Under the pieces are notes generated by a model. The model worked only from the letters and a program-made list of their open reading frames with translations. It had not been told where the DNA came from and ran no database searches. Made by a program: the position numbers and the translations under genes. Positions 47,159 to 57,059 of a stretch of DNA of 64,000 bases are shown one piece after another (within the stretch, counting starts at the first letter, position 1; each line of letters starts with the position of its first letter). The stretch is from a virus. The DNA lies in IMG/VR virus record IMGVR_UViG_3300027899_000008; one strand, given 5' to 3'.

Positions 47159-48235
47159 TTATAGTATTTCTGAATATAAAGTCAACAACTTTGATTCTAT
47201 TGTTTTATAATAATAATTATTATTATACTTTTCTAAAGTCTTATTATGTTTTTCATAGTAATGATTCGAATCATCTCTCAATCGTTTCAATTCATCAATA
47301 TAATCACTTAAGGAATAGGCAATCAAACCACAATCAGATATCTGCTCAACATGACCCATATTTAAACCTGGATGACTAACAATAGGAATACCATGATACA
47401 TTGCTTCTATAATAGAAGCGGAGCAAACTTCTCCGTCAGATCTTCCATGTGTGTATACATCTATTCCATCTAAAAATTCATGAATAGTATCAACATTTGA
47501 ACTAAAATCTAAAAATACAATATTTTTCAATTTCAATTCAAGTGCTTGTTGGCGATGTATATCTGATCCACCCAACATAACAAAATAAGTATTATTTGTT
47601 TCTACATGGGAATATGCAAGTAGTGGAATGGGAGAAAAAATACCAGGATCATTTCTTTGATGCATCCCATAAACAAATGCATCATCTGGTATGTTAAATT
47701 TTTCCCTTAATTTTTTTGAATAAACATCTGGAACATACACAATACTAGGAATAATTATTATTTTTGAAGAATCTCCACCAGCAGCAATCCATTTATCTGC
47801 TTGCCACTTACAAAGCAATATTGATCTATCCACTATGCTTATATGATCCGACATATTTCCGTGAATGCTGTCTATTAATTTTGGTCCTATTATATCGGTG
47901 AATGGAAATTCTGGAAAACCAAATCTAGCAGTTTGCACAGCATCGTATTGTCTTGGATCAAATACATCCCATATATTAGAACCGATCCAGTTTTTCCTAT
48001 ACTCATCATATGCATCAACATGAATAGGAATGGTCCTAATACCATAAGATTCTACTACCTTTTTTCTTTCTTCTGAATTTTCTGGATGTTTCCAGTCTGT
48101 TCCTATCCTTGGAGCATTATTAGTATAGTAATAATCAACATCATATTTTGTCTTCAAAATACATGCCAACGTTTGGAGGTATTTTTCAGTTCCTCCAGAT
48201 CCAAGTCCCGCAAATTTAATACAAGCAATTTTCAT
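47159..48235 (-). CDS. GT4-family glycosyltransferase
   Basis: GGTEK; DVYTHGRSDGEVCSASIIEAMYHGIPIV. Confidence 0.85.
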   Translation of the reverse strand: MKIACIKFAGLGSGGTEKYLQTLACILKTKYDVDYYYTNNAPRIGTDWKHPENSEERKKVVESYGIRTIPIHVDAYDEYRKNWIGSNIWDVFDPRQYDAVQTARFGFPEFPFTDIIGPKLIDSIHGNMSDHISIVDRSILLCKWQADKWIAAGGDSSKIIIIPSIVYVPDVYSKKLREKFNIPDDAFVYGMHQRNDPGIFSPIPLLAYSHVETNNTYFVMLGGSDIHRQQALELKLKNIVFLDFSSNVDTIHEFLDGIDVYTHGRSDGEVCSASIIEAMYHGIPIVSHPGLNMGHVEQISDCGLIAYSLSDYIDELKRLRDDSNHYYEKHNKTLEKYNNNYYYKTIESKLLTLYSEIL

Positions 48236-48866
48236 TTTTAAATAAATCATCATTATTACTAATTTTATCGTAGTAAATATAACCTTTAGACTTCATAAAC
48301 GAATGGATAATCTCTTGATATAATGGTCGAGATGAAGTTTCTATTAAAATATAATTTATATTGAATTCATTAAAATTAAAATTTTTAAGTGCTTCGAATT
48401 CATATCCTTCCAAATCTAAAGATAAAAAATCCACATGTATAATATTATTTTCTTTTAATATTGAATTTAAAGTTTTTGCTGAAACTGAAATTTGCTCTCT
48501 AGTTTTTATTTTTTGTATTATTTCGTTTTTAACTATTTCGTCATAGTAATCTAACTCAAGCAATGATGATGAACAAGCCATTAGACTTTCCCCACCACAA
48601 TCTTCGTTAAAATTCCCTGTCATGCAATTAATTGTTTCGTCGGGAGAAATTGCACAAGAATGAAAAATATTTAATGAACTTCTATGTTTTTTACAAAGTT
48701 CCATTTTTTTTATATTTGGTTCTATCAAAATACCTTTCCATCCTAGATTTTTTTCAAGATATAAAGTATTGGATTGCCTTATTCCATCATTAGCACCAGC
48801 TTCAATATAGAATCCGTTTTTAAAATTTAATTCAGAATGTATTAAATCAGGTAAGAGTTCACCCAT
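48216..48866 (-). CDS. FkbM-family methyltransferase
   Basis: YIEAGANDG..SNT..LE..GWKGILIEP, SLDLEGYE. Confidence 0.9.
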   Translation of the reverse strand: MGELLPDLIHSELNFKNGFYIEAGANDGIRQSNTLYLEKNLGWKGILIEPNIKKMELCKKHRSSLNIFHSCAISPDETINCMTGNFNEDCGGESLMACSSSLLELDYYDEIVKNEIIQKIKTREQISVSAKTLNSILKENNIIHVDFLSLDLEGYEFEALKNFNFNEFNINYILIETSSRPLYQEIIHSFMKSKGYIYYDKISNNDDLFKNENCLY

Positions 48867-49572
48867 TAGATTGCCTCAATGTACTTTTAAATTTTCCATG
48901 TTCAGATCCCTGCTTAACTAAAGAAGGTTCCCACCAATAAACTTTATGATTATGTTTAAAATGTTGGTGACCAAGTTCCCAATCTGAAATTAGATTAAAA
49001 GGAAACCATGTTGATGCTAAATCGACAATAGTTTTCTTTTTGAAAACAATCGAATCTGCACACCTCGATGCTGGATGTGATTTCAAATATGCAATTTGAT
49101 TTACATTGATATCTGATGGTTTTAAATTTGCACCACTCCCAAAATAAATAGCATCCCAATCGTTTGGGGTCTGCAAAAGATAGTCATAAAAACGAGTATC
49201 AAATTCATCACAAAGAATAACATCATCTTCAAAAAGTATAAACATTTCAGCATCAATTTTACTCAATTGCTGAAATACTTTTCCAAATTTTATAGTCAAT
49301 GATATTTCTGCGGGATTGCATTTTTTGGGATGATACCCTAATGCTGCTGTTCCCCAAAGACCTACCTTTTCTGACCATTCATTTGGATCTTCCATTCCAG
49401 ATATATAATGACACTTAACAAAGTGATCTGTTAATTCATTTGCATCATAATCTTCATAAAATGAATAATTAGAAAACCCAAATTTATTCAGCTGATCTAA
49501 CATATTTTGTTTGCGATCAGTAAGTCTTTTACAATGTAAAATAATGGTTTGAATATCAATACCCATAATCAT
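48859..49572 (-). CDS. GT25-family glycosyltransferase
   Basis: DRKQNM, EISL, LFEDDVIL, WDAIYFG, QGS...ST. Confidence 0.8.
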   Translation of the reverse strand: MIMGIDIQTIILHCKRLTDRKQNMLDQLNKFGFSNYSFYEDYDANELTDHFVKCHYISGMEDPNEWSEKVGLWGTAALGYHPKKCNPAEISLTIKFGKVFQQLSKIDAEMFILFEDDVILCDEFDTRFYDYLLQTPNDWDAIYFGSGANLKPSDINVNQIAYLKSHPASRCADSIVFKKKTIVDLASTWFPFNLISDWELGHQHFKHNHKVYWWEPSLVKQGSEHGKFKSTLRQSNG

Positions 49573-50254
49573 CCTCTATTTGCAATTTTCCTGCATGTTC
49601 ACTTCTACAATCATACCTTCTATTTATAGAAGCAAGATCACCCCTCAAAACACACTCTGCTGTATCCTTGAAAAGTTCTACATTCTGCTTGAATCTTGTT
49701 TGAAACAAGTGATATATCTTATCATCAAAAATTGTACCAATTCCATAATATCCATATCCCGAGAGTCTCCATATTCCTCCAGCAGGAACGGATTGAAATG
49801 ATATAGGAAAGTTCATCTTCAATCGTAATTCGGCATCTACTGCTGCTCTTGTAAATTCTTGAGCAATATCAGATCGTATATTATTTACTGCACTTGGTTT
49901 TCCTATGCGTTCATAATATGGCTTACTAATCACTAAAAAAGAAGGAGCACAAAATAAATCATGTTTTGCTTTTATACAATTAGTAACCTGTGCGTTTCCA
50001 ACCATATACCCATTTGCACAATATTGTATTGCTTCATCTATTGCCTCTCGTTTAAGAGGTATGCAATCAGAATCCAGGAATACAAACACATCAGCATCTA
50101 TATTATTCATAACATGATCTATCCAAAGACCATGATTTATATTTTGCTGAGTGTAATTAACATCTAGATCAAAATGGGTCATTACCTTTTTGTGACATTC
50201 AATTACATTATGATCTGTATTATCCCAATATAAAGTGTTTACCGATACTTTCAC
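49556..50254 (-). CDS. Putative GT-A glycosyltransferase
   Basis: FLDSDCIP DxD motif; position inside the glycan island. Confidence 0.6.
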   Translation of the reverse strand: MKVSVNTLYWDNTDHNVIECHKKVMTHFDLDVNYTQQNINHGLWIDHVMNNIDADVFVFLDSDCIPLKREAIDEAIQYCANGYMVGNAQVTNCIKAKHDLFCAPSFLVISKPYYERIGKPSAVNNIRSDIAQEFTRAAVDAELRLKMNFPISFQSVPAGGIWRLSGYGYYGIGTIFDDKIYHLFQTRFKQNVELFKDTAECVLRGDLASINRRYDCRSEHAGKLQIEDDYGY

Positions 50255-51093
50255 TTTACTCTCTTTATGATATTATTATAGACCCCATCAAGTGAGAAAT
50301 ATTCTTCATACACTTCCTTAAGTCGAGTTCTCATAGTTTCAACTTGTTCATCAGAAAATCCTGCCAAGACTTCGGGGATATATGGAATCTGATCTTCCTC
50401 AATCAATACTGAGAACTCTTCCCAATTCAACTCATCTTCCCATGGGAGATAATAATCATTTGTGATTATGACTGGAATTGTCTGCAACTGCATTGCTTCG
50501 TATAGTCTGAAACTATTCAACCCATATCCTCTCGGACACAACGCAAACTTGCTATTCGCTGTAACATTGACAAATGTCTCAAACTCAGAATTATTGATAT
50601 TTGGAAGAGACTCTCTCATATACATTGCAATATTCGTAGATGACTTACACGCTTCAAACATCTTCATACGGATGGGATGGGTGTTTGAACCAACAAACGA
50701 CGCTAGCAATTTCCTAGGCATGTTCTCTACCAATTGGATTGGCAACTTGGAACATACTAGAGGAATAGGTATGATGTTACTACCTTTCGCATTTCCACCT
50801 GCCGAAAAGCAAAGTGTATCTGGAGGAAGACCATGTGCTGGAGCATCGTCATGTTGACTGATTGTAAAATATTTTCCAGTGCTTGGAATAGTATTGAGAT
50901 ATGGTTGTAATTCACTGGTCTTATTATCACAATACAAAGTAGTCCAACTGACAGCAATGTAATCTCTACTTACCTCTGGATTTTCTTTAACAAATTTATT
51001 ATAGAAGTAATCCTCAAGATAATCACCTTGATGATAAGGTGGATAAACTGGATATTGGGGTGCTGGTCGGAATTGGTCTTCTGTATAAATCAT
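50251..51093 (-). CDS. Exostosin-like (GT47) glycosyltransferase
   Basis: ASFVGS..HPIR, SKFALCPRGYG..SFRLYEAM..IPVII..LPW. Confidence 0.85.
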   Translation of the reverse strand: MIYTEDQFRPAPQYPVYPPYHQGDYLEDYFYNKFVKENPEVSRDYIAVSWTTLYCDNKTSELQPYLNTIPSTGKYFTISQHDDAPAHGLPPDTLCFSAGGNAKGSNIIPIPLVCSKLPIQLVENMPRKLLASFVGSNTHPIRMKMFEACKSSTNIAMYMRESLPNINNSEFETFVNVTANSKFALCPRGYGLNSFRLYEAMQLQTIPVIITNDYYLPWEDELNWEEFSVLIEEDQIPYIPEVLAGFSDEQVETMRTRLKEVYEEYFSLDGVYNNIIKRVK

Positions 51094-51878
51094 AGTTTTG
51101 ATTCAATTTCATTAATAATGGAATATAATATTAAGTGTTCTGTGCTTATTGGTTCCAGCGTTTTATTAATAGGATTATATCTGATATGACCAAATGGTGC
51201 AGAATAAAATAAATAATCCGTAAGTTCAACTTTGTGGTTTATATCAGATTTAATAACAAACGCATGGGGAAACGGCAATCTATTATCAGGATTTAAATTT
51301 AATGAATTACTAGAACCTTCTCTCAAATCACTTTTATGATTATGATGAATTTTGATTGATTTGCATGGATTTTTCACCTTATATCCAGTGGTGATTAAAT
51401 CATAGGCAAATTTTCCGTCACATCCAATTTTGCCAAAAAAAGAATAATTAAAATTATTGATTATAGTTTTAAAATTTCCCTTATATAACCAACAATCCTG
51501 AGAAGTTCCAAATAAACATTTTGGATTGTGTAGTAGTCCATCATCTTCATATCTTGTTATTGTATAGATTTCATCATCTGCTATATCGTCTGCTAACTTT
51601 AATGTTTCATCGAATAAAATATCACTATTTGCTATAACATTGATGCTGTTAGAATCTGTGCGATTTTCTATAAATCGCAGAAAATCACTTAACATATCTA
51701 GATTTAATTCATATTTTACAATATCAGACTTAACAATGTTTGGCATATCATCACCAACAAATATATAAATTTCATCAAATAATTTTGATGTTATATTTGT
51801 ATTGATCGTAGTTATTATCTCATCATTTCTAACATCGTTTGGCGATTTCCAATATGAAATAAACAATTTATATTTCAT
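51090..51878 (-). CDS. Putative glycosyltransferase-like protein
   Basis: IANSDILFD, SQDCW, GCD..AY..NPC..I...H.H; position inside the glycan island. Confidence 0.55.
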   Translation of the reverse strand: MKYKLFISYWKSPNDVRNDEIITTINTNITSKLFDEIYIFVGDDMPNIVKSDIVKYELNLDMLSDFLRFIENRTDSNSINVIANSDILFDETLKLADDIADDEIYTITRYEDDGLLHNPKCLFGTSQDCWLYKGNFKTIINNFNYSFFGKIGCDGKFAYDLITTGYKVKNPCKSIKIHHNHKSDLREGSSNSLNLNPDNRLPFPHAFVIKSDINHKVELTDYLFYSAPFGHIRYNPINKTLEPISTEHLILYSIINEIESKL

Positions 51879-52543
51879 ATAAACCACATTCCTTCTTCTT
51901 TGAATTTATTCATCTTAGTTTCAATTCCAACCATATGATTGTTATGAACCATAATTGCCTTGTCCTTTATTCCTTTGGTATAATACAGATGCCCATTTGG
52001 AAAATACTCTATAGGTAATAATGCCACAATGGTTGAGTATTCTGTCAGAGCAATTTGATTGATGAGAATTTGGTCATCTTCTGTTTCATTCAATCCACAC
52101 TGCTCAATCATCTTGGAGCACTCTTCAGTGTTGTTGAATACCATAAGACCAGAGCAAATCATACTACCTGGAACATCAGTCTGAAACAAAACATATTTAG
52201 AATTAGCATTAAAGAAATCGATTGGATTCTGACAAAACACGATATCAGTATCAACCCAACAAAGTCTCTTGTGATTTCTGTATGTCTCGGATATCAACTT
52301 CCACTTTGACTTCACAATCTGCCTAAAGTTACTACTCTTGTCAAAAGACCATTCCTGATATTCAGTATATTTCTGATTTTTATATAGAAATGCTGTTGGA
52401 TATTGCTTCATCTGTTCATACGCAGTAGCATCCAAACAAGCAATGATGAAGTTCTCTGAACCAATGCCCACATTCTCTGCGGACTTCAACATGTTCTTAC
52501 ATATCTCTACGCAACCACTATTCAGTTGTGTTAAAAATTTCAT
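51875..52543 (-). CDS. Nucleotide-diphospho-sugar transferase (GT77-like)
   Basis: ACLD, WVDTDIVF..NP, CSGLM, DDQ, FPNG, HNN..K..K..GMW. Confidence 0.8.
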   Translation of the reverse strand: MKFLTQLNSGCVEICKNMLKSAENVGIGSENFIIACLDATAYEQMKQYPTAFLYKNQKYTEYQEWSFDKSSNFRQIVKSKWKLISETYRNHKRLCWVDTDIVFCQNPIDFFNANSKYVLFQTDVPGSMICSGLMVFNNTEECSKMIEQCGLNETEDDQILINQIALTEYSTIVALLPIEYFPNGHLYYTKGIKDKAIMVHNNHMVGIETKMNKFKEEGMWFI

Positions 52544-53205
52544 AAATTCCTCGCTAGATTATAATCTATACTTTCCTGTGGCAATCCCATCTCGCGAAGC
52601 GATTGTTCCTTGGATTCGTTGTCTGAAATTCCCATGGTAATCATTGGATTCATTCCTTGTGGAATATGAGTTCCAGGCCATATGGCATAATTGATTGGAA
52701 GAGCAGCGATCTTTAGTTTTGGAAGATAGATGGGAAGAACAAATGCCATCAATATTTCATGGTCGAATACTTTTCGTTGAGTAGTTGATTTTATATTTTC
52801 CTCACATGAGGTAATCCAAAAATTCAAGAACTCAATCACCAGTTCATTGTAGGAGACATATATGGGAGATGCTTTTGGAATTGATAAATTTAAATTGGAA
52901 ATAATTGCTTGATAGGCAAATCCAATATCGCAATTTCCTTCCATCTCATCAAACACCTTCAATTCATCATGAAGTATAGAATCAACATCCATCCACACGA
53001 ATGGTTTCTTCTTTTCCATTAATACATCAAGAATGAACTTTGGTTTTGCTAGACAATTTAATCTATATTCGCCAAGAGATGGCAATTCCCGTATATCATG
53101 AGGCATATTATATTCATTACAATTTATACGCAATCGTCGTGCGTGATCGCTATAATATGTTTTATCGCCAATGTCACAATAAAAAGATACAATTTCAGTT
53201 TTCAT
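52540..53205 (-). CDS. Putative GT-A glycosyltransferase
   Basis: KPKFI..WMDVDS DxD motif; LPINY. Confidence 0.65.
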   Translation of the reverse strand: MKTEIVSFYCDIGDKTYYSDHARRLRINCNEYNMPHDIRELPSLGEYRLNCLAKPKFILDVLMEKKKPFVWMDVDSILHDELKVFDEMEGNCDIGFAYQAIISNLNLSIPKASPIYVSYNELVIEFLNFWITSCEENIKSTTQRKVFDHEILMAFVLPIYLPKLKIAALPINYAIWPGTHIPQGMNPMITMGISDNESKEQSLREMGLPQESIDYNLARNL

Positions 53206-53206
53206 A

Positions 53207-54052
53207 TTAAAGTTGCTTTATTTTAGAATAAAGATAATCGTCTGCCATTTGTAAATCAATACATGTTTGATAATTTTTCAATGCTGATTCAATCTTGGAT
53301 TCAAACAATTCTTTGGTCAAGATTGTAACATCAAAATTAGGTGAAAGCAATACAAATCCATTGATATCAAAAATATCACCAATATCAGGAGCACCCCAAT
53401 AGATTGGAATGGTTCCAACCATAAAGCAATCAGTTAATTTTTCTGTGTAGTATGTGGTATAGCTATCATTCTCAACTACAAAGGAGAACATGTAATCCTT
53501 GAGTCCTGGTGTCTTATCCCAAGCGTCAATGCCAGAAATTCTTGGAGAGTCATTTACCCCACCATAAATGTCAATGACATCCTTGAATGTTGTAGCAATC
53601 GCATTTCTCAGTTTGTGTCCATATGCGTAATTCTTAGAAGAAGCAATTATAGAACACTGCTTAGTCTTCTCAATGGACATATCTTCCGATAGGGGCTTAA
53701 TCCATGGGAGATTACTACCAGCATATGCAAATTGTATCTTTGGGTGAATGGAGAGCAATTCTCTTTCGGAGGTGAACACAGCATCGTAGTGTTCACAAAT
53801 TTTCTCCAGATTATTCATCCATGTATCGCGAGGAACATGCATGGTGTGAAAAATGGTCCTAGATTCGCAAACCCATGCGACCTTTACCTCACCTTCCTTT
53901 TTCACATATTCAATACCAGACATAATAGCACCATCAATGAATACCTTGATGGGACAATCTTCCAATGTCCATTGAAATCTTTTTGGTTTTAAATCAGAAC
54001 AAGATGAATGTTCTATAACAAACGGCGCACCAATTGCTTGCACTTTTTCCAT
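53207..54052 (-). CDS. GT10 (fucosyltransferase-like) glycosyltransferase
   Basis: YMFSFVVEN..YYTEKLTDCF..GTIPIYWGAP. Confidence 0.85.
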   Translation of the reverse strand: MEKVQAIGAPFVIEHSSCSDLKPKRFQWTLEDCPIKVFIDGAIMSGIEYVKKEGEVKVAWVCESRTIFHTMHVPRDTWMNNLEKICEHYDAVFTSERELLSIHPKIQFAYAGSNLPWIKPLSEDMSIEKTKQCSIIASSKNYAYGHKLRNAIATTFKDVIDIYGGVNDSPRISGIDAWDKTPGLKDYMFSFVVENDSYTTYYTEKLTDCFMVGTIPIYWGAPDIGDIFDINGFVLLSPNFDVTILTKELFESKIESALKNYQTCIDLQMADDYLYSKIKQL

Positions 54053-54073
54053 AATATAGACCTTTCTTTGGTA

Positions 54074-54484
54074 TCACTTACCTATATGGTATTTAGGTAT
54101 CAGTTCCCAGTTGTGTTTCTCTTTATGGGCAATTATCTTTAATCTTGCCAAAGAAAGTTGAGGTTCTGCGTATCTAACAGGATCGACCGCTGTCGCTAGT
54201 CCCCATTCAACCAAGAGTTTAACGATGGTGTTTCGTCGTGCGATGTCGTCAACTGATATATCGCTTTCGAGATTATCAAGAATAAACATCTCCTTAAAAT
54301 GCATAATCGCATAGCGACCTCGCTTATGCAGTATATGACAACTTTGGTATAGTTTGTTCTCTTTCTTTGAAGAGACACCTAATCGGGTTAGGGTTTCCTT
54401 TACCTTAAGGAAATCCTCCTCTGATTTTAATTTAATTTCCACGCCCAATCCCTCAAAAATATCTTCAAGCATGATATACTCCAT
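54074..54484 (-). CDS. regA: Translational repressor RegA
   Basis: DFLKVKETLTRLGV..LYQSCHILHKRGRY.IMHFKE..RRNTI; TATAAATA at 54498-54505. Confidence 0.96.
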   Translation of the reverse strand: MEYIMLEDIFEGLGVEIKLKSEEDFLKVKETLTRLGVSSKKENKLYQSCHILHKRGRYAIMHFKEMFILDNLESDISVDDIARRNTIVKLLVEWGLATAVDPVRYAEPQLSLARLKIIAHKEKHNWELIPKYHIGK

Positions 54485-54508
54485 GTTACTTAGAAGATAT
54501 TTATAGTT

Positions 54509-54880
54509 TCACCTTTTTTGCCCCCCTTTTTGAGTGAGTTCACGCAATTTGTCCATGGGAAGCAGGTCGATCACCTCGCGAGCTCGAGCGTCAGAATACC
54601 CATATACCTCTTTGATAGTATCCAAATCTGCGTGTTGTTCAGGCTTTATCCATTTGGAAAACCTCTTACGCTTGGTTATTGAATAGACATAATAGTCATA
54701 TTGTAATTTTTTGTCTAGACAGGTCAACTGATTCATACGATTGGCATAGAAAATGGTATCAGTAAAGTAAGAAAAACACTTGTTGATGACAAAGGGAACA
54801 TAATCCTTCTCTAGACGGGGGTCTTTGGATAGGAGATTTTCCTTGGTCTGATTGATTGAGTTTAGGATATCGGAAAGCAT
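54509..54880 (-). CDS. gp62: Clamp loader small subunit
   Basis: LNSINQTK, YVPFVINK, KRKRFSKW; position between gp44 and regA. Confidence 0.92.
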   Translation of the reverse strand: MLSDILNSINQTKENLLSKDPRLEKDYVPFVINKCFSYFTDTIFYANRMNQLTCLDKKLQYDYYVYSITKRKRFSKWIKPEQHADLDTIKEVYGYSDARAREVIDLLPMDKLRELTQKGGQKR

Positions 54881-54881
54881 A

Positions 54882-55829
54882 TTATTTAAAAGCACAGGAC
54901 ATCATGAGTTGAACAAGACACGCTACAAGATTAATCTCTTGGTCAGCAACGAACGCAGAGCGATACTGCGCTTCTCCAATGATGAGAATTGCCTCTGGAA
55001 TGGTCTGATTCTCCAAACAATCCCCAAGAGCATCGTAGATTTTCCTATAGATTTCCTGTGGGGATGTCTCAGCATTTAACGCTGCCCAACGACGGACCAC
55101 GGCAAAGTCCTTATTACGCAATGCTGTCATGAGATTCTTAATCTCAATCTCTGACAAACTCGATAGAATGCCCACATCAATCGTTCCAGATACTCCATAT
55201 CGCTGTAGTTCATTTAGAATTCTACGCATATCGGGAAAGTGCTTGAGAATCAATTGACCAAGAACCTTCTTATCTGCCTTGACTCCTTCCTGCGCAAGAA
55301 TATAGGAACACCTTTCCATCATCTTTGCGGCAATGGTTGGTTTTTCGGAGGCAGTAAGACTGAAGTCAATACAAGTGCAACGAGAGTGAATTGGCTCAAT
55401 AATTCTTGATTTATAGTTACATGTAAGGATAAACCTGCAATTATTTGCAAACTCTTCGATAGCACCTCGCAGAGCAGGTTGAATGCTATTGGCATTGGAA
55501 TAATCAAACTCATCTAGAATAACCACCTTCTTGGTGTCGCCGATCAAAGATACGGTGCTAGCAAACTGACGAATCTTTGTTCGCAGTGTGTCAATGTTTC
55601 CTTCTTCAGAGCAATTAATGATAATCCAATCACACCCCATTTCATTACAGAGTGCTTTGGCAACCGTGGTCTTACCAACACCAGCAGTACCAGAGAAGAG
55701 TAAATTCTGTGGTTCTCCTTTAGCAACCATGTCGCTGAAGGTTGACTTCAGCGACATGGGGAGAACACACTCATCGATGGTTGCGGGACGATACTTTTCT
55801 ACCCACAGGAAATTTTCAGGTTTCATCAT
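54882..55829 (-). CDS. gp44: Clamp loader large subunit
   Basis: LWVEKYRP, GTAGVGKT, LDEFD, HSRC, PDMRR. Confidence 0.96.
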   Translation of the reverse strand: MMKPENFLWVEKYRPATIDECVLPMSLKSTFSDMVAKGEPQNLLFSGTAGVGKTTVAKALCNEMGCDWIIINCSEEGNIDTLRTKIRQFASTVSLIGDTKKVVILDEFDYSNANSIQPALRGAIEEFANNCRFILTCNYKSRIIEPIHSRCTCIDFSLTASEKPTIAAKMMERCSYILAQEGVKADKKVLGQLILKHFPDMRRILNELQRYGVSGTIDVGILSSLSEIEIKNLMTALRNKDFAVVRRWAALNAETSPQEIYRKIYDALGDCLENQTIPEAILIIGEAQYRSAFVADQEINLVACLVQLMMSCAFK

Positions 55830-56512
55830 TTAGATCCATACTTAGAGGTGTTAGCTTCCATGGCAAACCAATAAGTCAGCGAAATAGTCTTATGTACAAA
55901 TTCGCCAACAACATTTTTCGCGAAATTAATCTTGTAATCTCCAGGAAGAATCTTGATATTCTCCATTTTGAAATTGAACAAAAACTCAGTTCCATTGTAT
56001 TTCTCCTCAACTACCACTTTATAGGTATTGGTTGTTGGATCGCCAAGATCCGACACCATTGCTACAATCTGTCCATTGTCAGTGGTAAAGGACAAATCGG
56101 AAAGTTGCATTACCGACGCTGCTTTTTGTAATTCTGAAAATTGCTTATCAGTCATTGTGATGCTGACATTCACTTCTGGCATGATGACATCCTTGGTGGG
56201 AACCGAAAGAAGTCTTGGTTCAGAATAATAGTAATTCACTACTGAATTGCCACCATTCTTAATCTTCATGCTTTTTTGACCAAAATCAAAACTAGGAGTG
56301 GAGAATAAACTGATAACTCCAAGAAATTTATTCAAATCCCAAATTCCAAATTCGACATCAAATTTCTCATCTACCTTGGCAATTGCCATTCCATTTTTGG
56401 AAGGTGTGATGGTCTTGATAATATCACCTGGTTTAATCAGGAGATTTGAATTTAGACTGGAAAAGTTTTTAAGAATTGATAATGTATTTTTCGAAAAGGT
56501 CACAGGTTTCAT
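55826..56512 (-). CDS. gp45: Sliding clamp
   Basis: TLSILKNFSSLN, FGIWDLNKFL, ENIKILPGDY, YWFAME. Confidence 0.95.
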   Translation of the reverse strand: MKPVTFSKNTLSILKNFSSLNSNLLIKPGDIIKTITPSKNGMAIAKVDEKFDVEFGIWDLNKFLGVISLFSTPSFDFGQKSMKIKNGGNSVVNYYYSEPRLLSVPTKDVIMPEVNVSITMTDKQFSELQKAASVMQLSDLSFTTDNGQIVAMVSDLGDPTTNTYKVVVEEKYNGTEFLFNFKMENIKILPGDYKINFAKNVVGEFVHKTISLTYWFAMEANTSKYGSK

Positions 56513-56522
56513 ATTTTATCTT

Positions 56523-56702
56523 TCATTCAAAAGTTTCATCAGAGATTTCATATCTGTCGTCACTATTTCTATTGATATATTCTCGTAGAGTTTGTTTATT
56601 TTTATTCCGTTGGGAAATATTTTCCTGTTTTTCAACGGACTTTAGTTTAAATTCCTTACGCTTCTTTAACTTATCGCGATCTCTGTCATAATCCTTATTC
56701 AT
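56523..56702 (-). CDS. Small basic hypothetical protein
   Basis: AGGAGA RBS and a promoter upstream of ATG 56702; lies just before gp45. Confidence 0.55.
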   Translation of the reverse strand: MNKDYDRDRDKLKKRKEFKLKSVEKQENISQRNKNKQTLREYINRNSDDRYEISDETFE

Positions 56703-56717
56703 GTTTTCTCCTGTAGC

Positions 56718-56745
56718 ATTATACCACAATTATTTTATAATTCAA
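56718..56745 (-). promoter_or_regulatory. Sigma70-type promoter upstream of the gp45 operon
   Basis: TTGAAT-N16-TATAAT with TGTGg extended -10. Confidence 0.7.
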
Positions 56746-57058
56746 CCCAAATCATATCAGTTTCTTGTTTAATTAAAGTATATAATACAGACACATCTGG
56801 TCTATACCAACGATCTCCTTCAGTAGCCGTACCTGGTAGAACATCTTGTATATAGAAGTTTCCACCACCCGCACCTAGTGCTTTCCATGTAGATGTTGCT
56901 GTGCTTGTAGTTGGAACAATAGAGGAAGTAGAAGTTAAGGCAACATATTTTGCTCCTTTATACTCTACTACATCTCCAATGCGATACAAATATGGTTTCC
57001 CATCTGCATCATATTGTCTAAACTTACCTCTAAAATTTAGATTGTCTGCATTGTTCAT
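56735..57058 (-). CDS. Small protein with CBM5/12-like and fibre-type GDRW modules
   Basis: YRIGDVVEYKGAKY; EGDRWY..IWVEL; GATAAATA at 57065-57072. Confidence 0.55.
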   Translation of the reverse strand: MNNADNLNFRGKFRQYDADGKPYLYRIGDVVEYKGAKYVALTSTSSIVPTTSTATSTWKALGAGGGNFYIQDVLPGTATEGDRWYRPDVSVLYTLIKQETDMIWVEL

Positions 57059-57059
57059 A

